Positions 28,881-39,023 of a stretch of 64,000 nt of DNA are shown in pieces. Under the pieces are notes generated by a model. The model was not told the DNA's origin and did no database searches. It saw nothing but the letters and a program-made list of their open reading frames with translations. Numbering within the stretch: the first letter of the stretch is position 1; every line of letters starts with the position of its first letter. The DNA lies in NCBI GenBank assembly GCA_045803545.1, contig JBJMOW010000005.1, positions 864,001-928,000 of the forward strand. The letters are read 5' to 3'. A program made the position numbers and the translations under genes. Source of the stretch: Gemmatimonadaceae bacterium (GTDB lineage: Bacteria; Gemmatimonadota; Gemmatimonadetes; Gemmatimonadales; Gemmatimonadaceae).

Positions 28881-31205
28881 ATGCCGAGATTTTTCACTTT
28901 GCTGGCTCTGGTTTGTCCGGCTGCACTCGCCGCTCAATCGAGGCCGTTCGATTTTTCGATCAAGAACATCATGCGTGGGCCGGAGCTCTATGGCCGGCAG
29001 CCGCAGAACCTGCACTGGAGTGCCGACAGCAAGTGGATCTACTTCAACTGGCTCGAACCGGGCACTGACTGGCGCGAGGCGCCGAAACAGTTCCGGGTGC
29101 GCGCTGTTTCCGGCGCAAAGCCGGAAAGAGTGTCGATTCGCGAAGCCGATACCACTTCGTCGCGGTATACTGAAGGCGCGCTGTCGCACAGCGGCAGATA
29201 CTCGGTGGTCGCCGCGCGCGGCGATCTATACATCAACGATCTCGCTTCCGGCACCACGCGCCGGCTTACGCAAACGGTCGAGGAGGAGTCGAACCCGCAG
29301 TTCTCGACCGACGATCGCCAGGTCTTCTTCGTTCGCAACAATAATGTCTACGCGCTGAATCTCACCAATGGATTCCTGAGACAGATCACCGACATCAGGC
29401 AGGGGCCCGCGCCGAGCGATTCGTCGCGGGCGCAGGGACAACGTGGCCGTCTCGAACAGCAGCAGCGCGATCTTTTTGAATCGGTGCGCGATCGCCTGCG
29501 CGCCGACAGCATTGCCCGCGCCGAGCGATTGCTGCGCGACTCGCTGGCGCTCAAGCCGATCTATCTGCAGAGCGGCGAGCAGGTGAACGACTTCTCCATT
29601 TCTCCCAGCGGTAATTCACTGCTCATCTCCACTCGCAGCCCGGCGAGCGGTCAGCGCACCAACGACATCCCGCAATACGTCACCCGCAGCGGTTACACCG
29701 AGGAATTGCGTGTGCGCACCAAGGTGGGCGACTTCGAGCAAAAAGGACGAGTCGCGCTGATCACGCTGCCGGCGGCGACGGTGAGCTGGCTCAAACCGTT
29801 TCCAGCGGATACGACAACCGGCGCCTTCCAGCTACTGGGATGGAATGACGCCGGAACTCGCGCGGCGTTTTACGCCTACAGCGGCGACAACAAGTGGAGC
29901 TACCTCGAGACTCTCGATCCCAGCGGTAAGCTCACCACGCTCGAAGCTTTGCGCGACTCGGCGTGGGTCGGTGGACCGTGCGGACCGTGCGGCGGCTGGT
30001 ACGGTCCGGGTGATGGACGGGTTTGGTACACGTCGGAGGCCGAAGGCTTCTCTCACATCTACACCGCCTCTGCAAGTGGAACCGACAGACACCAGCTGAC
30101 GCACGGCCGTTGGGAGGTGCGCAACGTCGCGCTCTCCCAGGACAAGCGCTGGTTCTATCTCACCACCAACGAAGTCTCGCCATTCGAAGAACATCTCTAT
30201 CGTATGCCGACTGGCGGCGGTGCGGTCGAGCGCATCACCACCAAAGTCGGCAGGCATTCCGCGACGGTCTCGCCCGACGGTCAGCTGATCGCGGATGTCT
30301 ATTCGTATGTGAATCGGCCGCCCGATCTTTTCCTGATGCACATGCGACCGAACGCAGAAGAGTCGCAGCTGACGACGTCGCCGAGTGCAGAGTGGCTGTC
30401 GTTTCAGTGGGTGGTGCCTGAGATCGTGATGATCCCTGCGTCGGACGGCGTGAATGTGCCAGCGCACATCTACCGTCCGGCCGACATGAAGGCGCAGCCC
30501 AATGGAGCAGCCGTCATCTTCGTCCACGGCGCCGGGTATCTGCACAACGTCGGCAGTTTCTGGTCGGAGTATCCGCGTGAATACATGTTCAACCAGTTCC
30601 TCGCATCGAAGGGCTATACGGTTCTCGATGTCGACTATCGCGGATCGGACGGTTACGGTCGAGATTGGCGGACGGCGATCTACCGTCACATGGGCGGTCG
30701 CGACCTGCAGGATCAGGTTGACGCGTCAAAGTACCTCGTACAGAATCTTCAGATCGATCCGAAGCGAATCGGTATTTACGGCGGCAGCTACGGCGGGTTC
30801 ATCACGCTGATGGCGTTGTTCACCGAGTCATCGCACTTCGGCGCAGGTGCCGCGCTGCGCAGCGTGACCGATTGGGCGCATTACAATCAGGGCTATACGT
30901 CCAGCATTCTGAATCTGCCGCAGAACGACACGCTCGCCTATCGGCAGTCGTCGCCGATCTATTTCGCTGACGGACTGCAGGATCCGCTGCTAATGGCGCA
31001 CGGCATGGTGGACACCAATGTCCATTTCCAGGATATCGTGCGGCTGACTCAGCGATTGATCGAGCTCGGCAAGACGCGGTGGGAGCTTGCGGCTTATCCG
31101 GTCGAGGATCATGCATTCGTGAGACCTTCTTCGTGGGCCGACGAATACCGCCGGATATTCGAGCTGTTCGAACGCTACCTGCCGACAAGGGCAACCGGAC
31201 GATGA
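28881..31205 (+). CDS. secreted S9 prolyl oligopeptidase / DPP IV-like peptidase
   Basis: Signal peptide, beta-propeller, GGSYGG nucleophile, HGMVDTNV and EDHAF motifs. Confidence 0.93.
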   Translation: MPRFFTLLALVCPAALAAQSRPFDFSIKNIMRGPELYGRQPQNLHWSADSKWIYFNWLEPGTDWREAPKQFRVRAVSGAKPERVSIREADTTSSRYTEGALSHSGRYSVVAARGDLYINDLASGTTRRLTQTVEEESNPQFSTDDRQVFFVRNNNVYALNLTNGFLRQITDIRQGPAPSDSSRAQGQRGRLEQQQRDLFESVRDRLRADSIARAERLLRDSLALKPIYLQSGEQVNDFSISPSGNSLLISTRSPASGQRTNDIPQYVTRSGYTEELRVRTKVGDFEQKGRVALITLPAATVSWLKPFPADTTTGAFQLLGWNDAGTRAAFYAYSGDNKWSYLETLDPSGKLTTLEALRDSAWVGGPCGPCGGWYGPGDGRVWYTSEAEGFSHIYTASASGTDRHQLTHGRWEVRNVALSQDKRWFYLTTNEVSPFEEHLYRMPTGGGAVERITTKVGRHSATVSPDGQLIADVYSYVNRPPDLFLMHMRPNAEESQLTTSPSAEWLSFQWVVPEIVMIPASDGVNVPAHIYRPADMKAQPNGAAVIFVHGAGYLHNVGSFWSEYPREYMFNQFLASKGYTVLDVDYRGSDGYGRDWRTAIYRHMGGRDLQDQVDASKYLVQNLQIDPKRIGIYGGSYGGFITLMALFTESSHFGAGAALRSVTDWAHYNQGYTSSILNLPQNDTLAYRQSSPIYFADGLQDPLLMAHGMVDTNVHFQDIVRLTQRLIELGKTRWELAAYPVEDHAFVRPSSWADEYRRIFELFERYLPTRATGR

Positions 31206-31393
31206 TCAGGCGCATTGCTGGCATGTTCTCGCGCACCGCCTCTTTCGTGCGTGCGGTACTCGGCGTGCCCGACTACGACCGGTACCTCGACCACATGCGC
31301 AGCGCGCATCCGGGCGACCGGGTTATGAGCGAGACAGAATTCCGGCATGCCCGGATGAACGACCGCTATAACCGCACGTCTCGCTGCTGCTAG
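31202..31393 (+). CDS. YbdD/YjiX family CstA-associated small protein
   Basis: LGVPDYDRYLDHMRSAHPG...RCC C-terminus. Confidence 0.9.
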   Translation: MIRRIAGMFSRTASFVRAVLGVPDYDRYLDHMRSAHPGDRVMSETEFRHARMNDRYNRTSRCC

Positions 31394-31459
31394 CGCGGAC
31401 CAGATGTGCAAGACTCGGATTGGGCAACGTCTCCCTAAAGACACCAACCGAGCCAACAA

Positions 31460-32428
31460 ATGCGAAAAATCGGACTTGCACTCATTCTCGTCGGCGGCCT
31501 AGTCGCCTGCAAAGACAAACAACTATTCAATGACAAGAGCGATGCGGTCGCTGGAGGCGCACGGGTCGAGGAGCGGGCTGCGACTCTCCAATCCAAAGCA
31601 ATGGCGCCACCGCCGGTGCCGGCAACAATGGCGTACGGGGTAGTTACCGGTGTAGCAAGTGAGGTCGCCGCGACATCGGACGCCGCTGCCCCGGCTAGAG
31701 TAGCGCCGCAATCCTCCGATGCGCTGCAGGGAGTCAGCTATGCGACGACTGCAGCCAACACCATGATCATCCGGACGGGCCAGGCGTTCATCGAGGTCGA
31801 CAAGGTCGATCCGGCCATACTCAAGGTTCGGCAGCTCGTGACGCAGGCGGGCGGCTACATCACCAATTCCTCGATCAGCGGCGGGCACGATCAAATCCGC
31901 CAGGCGGCGATCGAGATCAAGATTCCGAACACCAAGTACGATGAAGCGGTCGGTTCACTCAGCTCGATCGGCAAAGTCGAGACGGTTAGCTCCAACGCCC
32001 AGGATGTCGGTGAGGAGTTCGTCGATGTCAGCGCTCGCGTCGCCAATGCGCGGCGATTGGAGGAGCGGCTGATCGATCTGCTGGCGCGGCGCACCGGCAA
32101 GCTCGACGAAGTCCTGCGCGTCGAGCGCGAGCTGGCGCGCGTGCGCGAGGAGATCGAGCGTTACGAGGGTCGACTGCGGTATCTCAGTGCCCGAGTGGCA
32201 ATGAGCACATTGACGATCAATGTCCATGAGCCGGCGCCAATCATCGAACCGGGCCGCAGTCCAATCGCCGATGCTTTCCGCCGCGCCTGGCAGAATTTCG
32301 TCGGACTGGTCGCCGCGTTGATCGCCTCACTCGGAGTTTTGATTCCGATTGGCTTGATCGGCCTCGGCGGGTGGATTGGATATCGGCGCTGGCTGAAAGG
32401 ACAGCGGCCCATCAGGCTCGGCGTGTAG
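31460..32428 (+). CDS. DUF4349 lipoprotein
   Basis: Lipobox LVAC; QDVGEEFVDV...ELARVREEIERYEGRLRYL coiled coil; C-terminal TM. Confidence 0.88.
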   Translation: MRKIGLALILVGGLVACKDKQLFNDKSDAVAGGARVEERAATLQSKAMAPPPVPATMAYGVVTGVASEVAATSDAAAPARVAPQSSDALQGVSYATTAANTMIIRTGQAFIEVDKVDPAILKVRQLVTQAGGYITNSSISGGHDQIRQAAIEIKIPNTKYDEAVGSLSSIGKVETVSSNAQDVGEEFVDVSARVANARRLEERLIDLLARRTGKLDEVLRVERELARVREEIERYEGRLRYLSARVAMSTLTINVHEPAPIIEPGRSPIADAFRRAWQNFVGLVAALIASLGVLIPIGLIGLGGWIGYRRWLKGQRPIRLGV

Positions 32429-32438
32429 CGCCGTGATG

Positions 32439-32975
32439 TTACCGGCTTACGTCCCGATTGTACCACCACAACGCCCGAGACAACGCAGCGTAGGAGGCAT
32501 TGATGTGGGTCAGACCCCATCCAATGCCTCCTGCGCCGGCGATGATGAGAACCGGCGTCGAGGCGTTGTTGGAATTATTGCCGGCGATGATCAGTCCCGC
32601 AGCCACCAGACTGGCTCCGATGCTGGTCACCAGCGAGCCTCGATAGTTGCTGACGCGGAAATCCCTGGCCGCAGCAGCCGCCTGTGGCGATGACTGCACC
32701 AGCTTCTCGACGTCGAAGCCGCGGAACCAGCCAACACTGCCGACGAATTCGCCTTTGGCTCCGCGCATGATGTTGGCGCTGCCCCAGCTCGATTCGAACC
32801 GCAGCGCCTGCGAGTCGTAAGCAGTCGCCGAATCGGTGCGAGCGGCCGGCGCCGAAAGTGAGGGCGCGCCTGCCTGGTTGCGATTGGTCGCAGGCGAGTG
32901 GTCGGTGGTCTGCGCGGTCAGCGATCCTGCGGCAAGCGCCGGCACTGCGAGCGCGAGCACGATTCTTAACTTCAT
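32439..32975 (-). CDS. hypothetical exported/membrane protein
   Basis: Signal peptide, two C-terminal hydrophobic segments, ends in WWYNRD. Confidence 0.7.
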   Translation of the reverse strand: MKLRIVLALAVPALAAGSLTAQTTDHSPATNRNQAGAPSLSAPAARTDSATAYDSQALRFESSWGSANIMRGAKGEFVGSVGWFRGFDVEKLVQSSPQAAAAARDFRVSNYRGSLVTSIGASLVAAGLIIAGNNSNNASTPVLIIAGAGGIGWGLTHINASYAALSRALWWYNRDVSR

Positions 32976-32990
32976 TGGACCTCAGAAGAG

Positions 32991-33034
32991 AAATTCGCCC
33001 AAATCGTTCTTTGGGTAAGGACGATTTGGGCGAA
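32991..33034 (-). terminator. strong hairpin / probable terminator
   Basis: TTCGCCCAAATCGT-N-ACGATTTGGGCGAA stem, followed by TTTCTCTT on the minus strand. Confidence 0.7.
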
Positions 33035-33097
33035 CCGGAAATTACAGTTTCAGAGTTAGCTCTTCAGATCGCGATCGCAGCACCAGCTCCTACCCAA

Positions 33098-34405
33098 CTA
33101 ATGGTGGTAGATGATGGTAGCGCGGCCGTTGAAGGTCTGCCCATCCATGATCACGTGGGTGTTCTCCGGATAGTAGTAACGGGTGCCGGACTGATCGACG
33201 GCGGCACCGAGAAAATCGTCGTTGGTGGTGAGCCATGACCCTGCGTTGGTGAACAGCGTCCCGAGGAACGCAGCCGACACGATCACCCAGTTCGCCTTCG
33301 GCAGTACCTTGATCGCGACCGTTCCTAGCGCTGCTGCAGTCGACTGAAGCGCTTGCGTCAGGGTGTTGGTGTCGAGTTTGAGCGTGCACGGCTGGTTGTC
33401 GTCTTCCCAGAACATCACGTGAAATCCGTCGGAGAACTTCTGGGTGAACGCAGTCACTTCGGCTTCGCTGAACAGCAATACCTGGCCCGACCAGAAGCTC
33501 CCGTTCTGATCGAAGTACTTTCGCGGATCGTACACGTGCTCGCCGGAGCACGATAGATCGTCGGCATAGGTCGGCGCGGTGCCCATATACGGCCCCTGGA
33601 TGTGTACCTCGATCTCAGGATCGCCCCTGAACCACGGCTCCTTCATGTCCATCAGCCGCGAGAATTCCAGGTAGATGCCGGGCGCCAACGACGTACCGCC
33701 TCCACCGCCACCTCCGCCGCATGTCTCACCGCAAGCGATCAGACTGGACTGAGTCAACTGGAATGGCTCCAGCGTGCCGATTGCCTCGCCGTTCTGGTCT
33801 CGCGCGTTCTTTGATCTCTTGAGATCCATCGGCTGATCGAACCGAGTCTCCACCGGCACGATCGACAGCGCCGGCTGATCCGGCGCGACTTTCCTGTCGA
33901 GCGCCACTTCCCCGCCGGCTTCATTGAACGCCACGATCGGCGACGATTCCTCGAGCTGCGAAACGACCAGTACATCTGCCTTGCCGGTCCACGTCTCGCG
34001 TTGTGCTGCGACGGGCATGTAAAGCTCGAGCGACCGGATGGCCGACAGCGTCGTGAAAACTGCGTTCTCATCGCTGCCATCTATTGCAGCCATTCGCGTC
34101 AGCAACGCCTTGCCATCCCGGGATCTGAGGTAGGGCCCAAGCTCCACTTTGTGTTCACGAAACGGCGCCGCCCTCAGGTCCCGCTTGAGATGTTGACGCG
34201 CCGGCTCGTTGTCCATCGCAATCGCGACGAGCCTGGCGATCTTCGTCAGCGCGACGCGTTCCTCACTCTGAGCACCGCTGCCGGTACTCGTCGCCACGTC
34301 GGGCGAAGCGGTTGGTGCCACGCTGCGGCCAATCGGGTCGGAACAAGCGCCGAGGGCAGCGAACAACGCCAGAAAAAGAACTCCTTCGCCATGTGTGTGT
34401 TTCAT
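33098..34405 (-). CDS. hypothetical lipoprotein (possibly DUF3103-like)
   Basis: GAGG SD before MKHTHG; lipobox LGAC; EPWFRGDPEIEV and MFWEDD motifs; Gly-rich linker. Confidence 0.65.
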   Translation of the reverse strand: MKHTHGEGVLFLALFAALGACSDPIGRSVAPTASPDVATSTGSGAQSEERVALTKIARLVAIAMDNEPARQHLKRDLRAAPFREHKVELGPYLRSRDGKALLTRMAAIDGSDENAVFTTLSAIRSLELYMPVAAQRETWTGKADVLVVSQLEESSPIVAFNEAGGEVALDRKVAPDQPALSIVPVETRFDQPMDLKRSKNARDQNGEAIGTLEPFQLTQSSLIACGETCGGGGGGGGTSLAPGIYLEFSRLMDMKEPWFRGDPEIEVHIQGPYMGTAPTYADDLSCSGEHVYDPRKYFDQNGSFWSGQVLLFSEAEVTAFTQKFSDGFHVMFWEDDNQPCTLKLDTNTLTQALQSTAAALGTVAIKVLPKANWVIVSAAFLGTLFTNAGSWLTTNDDFLGAAVDQSGTRYYYPENTHVIMDGQTFNGRATIIYHH

Positions 34406-34494
34406 AGAACCTCCTCGGCGAGCGGTGCGATTGGTGAGCGCGCACACTACCGCGAGGAGGCCGACAGGTCGTAACCCGCGAACCGCTTATGAGA

Positions 34495-35739
34495 TCAGTT
34501 CGCCGCTACCGGCCGCGATGGAGCGACGACCGCCATCATCACGGCAGCGAACAGAGCGAGTGAAGCGCCAAACAGAAACGCACTCGGCGATCCGTGATTA
34601 TCCCAGATCCAGCCGAAGATCAGCGACGCCGGCAGCGCGCCAAGGCCAATGGCGAGGTTGTACCAGCCAAATGCGGCGCCTCTTCTCGCGCGCGGGACGA
34701 TGTCAGCGACCAGCGCCTTCTCCGTTCCTTCTGTCATGCCGTAAAAGATTCCATAGACGGCAAACAGAGCCCACGCCTGCCATGGCGCGCCGGCCCATGC
34801 AAACGCGAAATACACCGCCGCGTACAGCAGCCAGCCGCCGATGATCAACGGCTTGCGACCGATCCGATCGGAGAGTTGTCCGCCGTACGTGCCCGTCGCC
34901 GATTTGACGAAGTTCAGAACTGCCCACAGCACGGGCGCCAGCGCTACCGGCACACCGAGCTGACTCGCACGCAGCAGCAGGAACGCGTCGGTGGAGTTTC
35001 CAAGGGTAAACAGCAGGACCACGGTGAGATACGCCCAGAACTTTCCGTTCAGTCGCTCCGTCTGCAGCGACGTGCCCTTCTCATCGCCTCGATCCCGCTT
35101 TGGCACATCGCGCACAACGAAGATCAGAATCAACATCGCGATCGCCGCCGGAATCGCAGACAGCCAGAACACGTTTCGCATCGCAAGCTCGTCGTGCGAT
35201 GACAGCCGCTTGCTGGTATCGAGCATGCCGACGCCATGCAGCTTGAGAATCATGAACGCGAGCAGCGGCCCAAGGACGGCGCCCGCGTTGTCGGCGGCGG
35301 CGTGAAATCCGTACGCGAGTCCGCGCGATTCGGGGGGCGCCGAGTCCGCGAGCAGCGCATCACGTGGCGATGTCCGCAAACCTTTGCCGATTCGATCCGT
35401 CACCCGAATCGCAAGCACCTGCGATGCGGTCCTCGCCGCAGCGGTGAATGGGCGCACGATCGATGCAATCAGGTAGCCGATCACGACGAACGGCTTCCTC
35501 GACGTCATTCTGTCCGACCACCAGCCGCTCACCAGTTTGAGCAGTGAGGCAGTCGTTTCGGCGACGCCCTCGATGGCGCCAATGAACGTCGAGCTGGTGC
35601 CGAGCACTCCCGCCAGGAAAATCGGCAGGAGTGGGTAGATCATCTCTGTCGAGACATCGGTGAAGAGACTAACCGCGCCGAGCCCGATGACATTGCGGCC
35701 GAGCTTCGCAATGCGGCTCGGCGACGCCGGCTTATCTAT
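34495..35739 (-). CDS. MFS transporter (probable non-canonical start codon)
   Basis: The family-type N-terminus LGRNVIGLGAVSLFTDVSTEMIYP lies upstream of the first ATG (35643). DRIGKGLRTSPRDALLA and SDRIGRK motifs. Confidence 0.9.
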   Translation of the reverse strand: MDKPASPSRIAKLGRNVIGLGAVSLFTDVSTEMIYPLLPIFLAGVLGTSSTFIGAIEGVAETTASLLKLVSGWWSDRMTSRKPFVVIGYLIASIVRPFTAAARTASQVLAIRVTDRIGKGLRTSPRDALLADSAPPESRGLAYGFHAAADNAGAVLGPLLAFMILKLHGVGMLDTSKRLSSHDELAMRNVFWLSAIPAAIAMLILIFVVRDVPKRDRGDEKGTSLQTERLNGKFWAYLTVVLLFTLGNSTDAFLLLRASQLGVPVALAPVLWAVLNFVKSATGTYGGQLSDRIGRKPLIIGGWLLYAAVYFAFAWAGAPWQAWALFAVYGIFYGMTEGTEKALVADIVPRARRGAAFGWYNLAIGLGALPASLIFGWIWDNHGSPSAFLFGASLALFAAVMMAVVAPSRPVAAN

Positions 35740-36719
35740 GATGAGCGCACCTCGGAGTGGTCGCCGACCGTGATCTCGCCGCGCACTCCCTCCAGAACGG
35801 TATCGTCACCAACGAGCGAATTCTTGAGCACCGATTTCCTGATTTTCGCGTTAGAGCCGACGATCGAGTGGCTGATCTCGGAACCATCGAGAACCGTCCC
35901 CGCGCCAATCGACACATTCGGACCGACCCTGGACTTCTTCAGCGTGACGTTGTCCTCGATGTAAACCGGATCGATGATCGTCGAATCGCCGGCATCGCGC
36001 GGTCGACGCGCGTGACCACGCTTTAGCATCGCCTCATTCGTCTCGAGTAGCGTCTCGATCTTGCCCGCATCGTACCAGCCCTCGACGTCGATCACTTTGA
36101 TCTTGGCTCCCTTGTCGATCATGTACTGGAATGCGTCGGTCAGAAAATACTCGCCCTGGTTCTTCGGTTGCTTGAGCGTCCAGTCGATCCCCTCGAACAG
36201 GAGCTTCCAGTTGCGGATGTAGTACAGTCCGATGTTGGCGCGCTTGGAGATCGGGGTCTTCGGCTTCTCGACGATTTTCGTCATGTTGCCGTCCTTGTCC
36301 GTGACGACGACGCCAAAGCGCTGGTAGTCTTCGACCTCTTTGACCCAGATGATTCCGTCAGCGTCGACGGTCTTCACCTTCGACAGGTCGGCGTCGAAGA
36401 TCGTGTCGACGAAGACGATCAGCACAGGCTGATCGGCGTACTCCTGCGCAAGGGCGATCGCGCCGGCTGTTCCATCCTGCACCTTCTGCTCGATGAATAC
36501 CGACGGAATGTCGGTCTCCGTTCTCGCGTACTCTTCGACTTTTTCCTTGAGGTGACCGGTGATGTAAATGATTTGCTCGACGTTGCCGAGTCGCTTGAGC
36601 TCGTCGAGGACGTATGACATCACCGGCTTGCCAGCGACCTTTAGCATCGGCTTCGGAGTGATGTGCGTATGCGGCCGCAGGCGCGTTCCCTTGCCGGCCA
36701 GCGGAATGATGACTTTCAT
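35736..36719 (-). CDS. sugar-phosphate nucleotidyltransferase with C-terminal left-handed beta-helix
   Basis: LAGKGTRLRPHT...PKP, GTAGA, VEKP and WYDAG motifs; hexapeptide repeats. Confidence 0.92.
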   Translation of the reverse strand: MKVIIPLAGKGTRLRPHTHITPKPMLKVAGKPVMSYVLDELKRLGNVEQIIYITGHLKEKVEEYARTETDIPSVFIEQKVQDGTAGAIALAQEYADQPVLIVFVDTIFDADLSKVKTVDADGIIWVKEVEDYQRFGVVVTDKDGNMTKIVEKPKTPISKRANIGLYYIRNWKLLFEGIDWTLKQPKNQGEYFLTDAFQYMIDKGAKIKVIDVEGWYDAGKIETLLETNEAMLKRGHARRPRDAGDSTIIDPVYIEDNVTLKKSRVGPNVSIGAGTVLDGSEISHSIVGSNAKIRKSVLKNSLVGDDTVLEGVRGEITVGDHSEVRSS

Positions 36720-37147
36720 GGTGCGCTGGTTCCCTCTCGCCCGTACTTATCTGTTAATCGCACTACGTCATCAAGCTCGGGAGTCGAGACTTCGAGTACG
36801 TCGCAATCTGTAACGGCTACCATCTGATGAACGGTGCCCGGTGTGATTCTGAATGATTCACCGATACTGAGCTGCATGTCGTCCAGGTTGTCGCTACCCT
36901 CTCGCTGGACGCGATAGCTGATCTCGCCCGACAGCAAATAGACAGTCTCATCTTTCTTGTTGTGATACTGTACCGACAACTCTTGCCCGGCATTGATATG
37001 TAAGATCTTGCCCACATAGCGATCAGTGTACGCCCAGATCGTTTCGTGTCCCCACGGTTTGGGAACACGCTTGATCGCAACGCGTCCGGCGATAGCGCCG
37101 GTTGCGCGGGATTTGCCGCCGCGACGTGGAGTCTCTGATTTGGCCAT
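36716..37147 (-). CDS. cupin (mannose-6-phosphate isomerase type II-like)
   Basis: KPWGHE, LSVQYHNKKDET and HQM...EVSTPELDDVVRLTDKYGR motifs. Confidence 0.88.
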   Translation of the reverse strand: MAKSETPRRGGKSRATGAIAGRVAIKRVPKPWGHETIWAYTDRYVGKILHINAGQELSVQYHNKKDETVYLLSGEISYRVQREGSDNLDDMQLSIGESFRITPGTVHQMVAVTDCDVLEVSTPELDDVVRLTDKYGREGTSAP

Positions 37148-37218
37148 GCCTAAATATCTATGCGCACCGGGTTACGAGCCACTTGCACCGGGCATGGATT
37201 CTGCCCCCTGTCCAACGC

Positions 37219-39021
37219 ATGATTCTTTCGCCAAAGCATCTTCCGCGCCTTGTCAGCACGATCAGGCTCTTTACCAACTATGGCCTGCGTGATTTTGCCA
37301 AGCGTCAGGGCCTGCTGAATCTCGAGGGCGCTTCTCTAAACGAAGACGTCGGAATTGACAGCGATACCAGGGAAAAGGCGAAAGCGTTCCGGGAAAGGCT
37401 GGTCGAGCTGGGCGCAGCATACATAAAGCTCGGTCAGATTCTTTCGACACGCCCAGACCTGCTGCCAAAGCCATACATCGAAGAGCTGACACACCTGCAG
37501 GACGACGTCCCACCGATGCAGCTCTCAGAGGTCGAGCAATGCATCGAGGACGAGCTGCACGCGCGAATCAGCAAACTCTTCGCGTCGTTCGAAGAAAAGC
37601 CACTCGGCAGCGCCAGCCTCGGTCAGGTGCACGCGGCCGAGTTACGCGACGGTCGCAGTGTGGTAATCAAAGTCCAGCGCCCGAATCTGCGCGAGCTGCT
37701 TTCGGAGGACATCGAGTTCTTCCGAGAGCTGGCGAGCTTTCTCACGGAGCACACCTCTGCCGGATCGCGGATCGATTTGATCGGCGTGGTACAACAGGTC
37801 GAGCGCGCGCTGGTGGACGAGCTCGATTACCGCACCGAAGCGCGCAATGCCGCTTCGTTCAGGAAGGATCTCGCCGGCTTCCCGCACGTGCTGATTCCGC
37901 GCGTCATCGATGCCTACACGACGCACAAAGTGCTGACCACCGAGCGAATCAAGGGCGTCAAGATCGACGAGATTCCGCCGATCACGCGAATCGATTACGA
38001 CTTCAGCGATCTCGCCGATGAATTTGCGAAGGCGTATTTGAAGCAGATCACCGACAGCGGTCATTTCCACGCCGACCCCCACCCCGGCAACGTGTTCGTG
38101 GTGCTCCCCGGCCGTGATAACCCGCAGACGCCCGCCGAAGCTGCCGCGGCCGATCGCCGCCAGGTAGTGCGTCCCGGCGCAACGGCTCTTGTCGAATCGG
38201 AGAACGCAGCGCGTGCCGCTGCGATTGCCTCAAATGCCGCGTTCGATGAGCCCAAGCTGGCGCTGATCGATTTCGGCATGACCGCGCACCTCACGTCGCA
38301 GATGCGTGATCACGTCATCAGGCTGCTGATGGCGATGGCGGAGAACAACGGTGACGCCGCCGCCGAGAGTCTCGTCGAGATGGGGCAGGCACCGGAAGAC
38401 TTCAACCGTCAGGCCTACACCCGAGATGTTGCGGACCTGATCGCCAAACACAACAACCAAACGGTAGAGGAAACGCCCGCCGGCGTCATTCTGTACGAGA
38501 TGATTACGATCGCCTTCCGCGAAGGCCTCAAGCTGCCGGCGGAGCTGACCCTGCTAGCCAAAGCGCTGTTCAATCTCGACGCCGTCTCGCGCGCGCTGGA
38601 TCCGAACTTCAACCCCAGCAAGTCGATCCGCGATTACACCAACGAGATCGCCAACAAGCGTGCTCAGCGCGATTTCTCTCCGCGCCGTCTGTTCCAGATG
38701 GCCGCCGAGACATCGGACTTGATGCGCGCACTGCCCCACCGTCTCGACGTGATCACTCAGAAACTCGTCTCCAATGATTTCGCCGTTCGCGTCGAAGCGC
38801 CGCAGCTTGGGTCCCTACTGCTCGGCCTCGAGAAGGTCGCCAACCGCATTTTCACTGGTTTGGTGCTCGGCGGTTTGCTCGTTGCCAGCGGATTGCTGAT
38901 GCAGTTTCAGCCGCGACTGGCGATGTTCGGCTTCATCATCGCCGCTGCTCTTGGATTGTGGATGGTGTTCGCGATCCTGGTTCAGGATCGCAGGAGCAGG
39001 CGCCGCAAGGGCAAGCCCTGA
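37219..39021 (+). CDS. ABC1/UbiB family atypical kinase
   Basis: YIKLGQILSTRPD, SASLGQVH, VIKVQRP, FHADPHPGN and LIDFGM motifs. Confidence 0.93.
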   Translation: MILSPKHLPRLVSTIRLFTNYGLRDFAKRQGLLNLEGASLNEDVGIDSDTREKAKAFRERLVELGAAYIKLGQILSTRPDLLPKPYIEELTHLQDDVPPMQLSEVEQCIEDELHARISKLFASFEEKPLGSASLGQVHAAELRDGRSVVIKVQRPNLRELLSEDIEFFRELASFLTEHTSAGSRIDLIGVVQQVERALVDELDYRTEARNAASFRKDLAGFPHVLIPRVIDAYTTHKVLTTERIKGVKIDEIPPITRIDYDFSDLADEFAKAYLKQITDSGHFHADPHPGNVFVVLPGRDNPQTPAEAAAADRRQVVRPGATALVESENAARAAAIASNAAFDEPKLALIDFGMTAHLTSQMRDHVIRLLMAMAENNGDAAAESLVEMGQAPEDFNRQAYTRDVADLIAKHNNQTVEETPAGVILYEMITIAFREGLKLPAELTLLAKALFNLDAVSRALDPNFNPSKSIRDYTNEIANKRAQRDFSPRRLFQMAAETSDLMRALPHRLDVITQKLVSNDFAVRVEAPQLGSLLLGLEKVANRIFTGLVLGGLLVASGLLMQFQPRLAMFGFIIAAALGLWMVFAILVQDRRSRRRKGKP

Positions 39022-39023
39022 CG

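Noticed and set aside
31202..31393. Selenoprotein form of YbdD/YjiX
   Set aside because: It ends TGC-TGC-TAG (Cys-Cys-stop) with no in-frame TGA.
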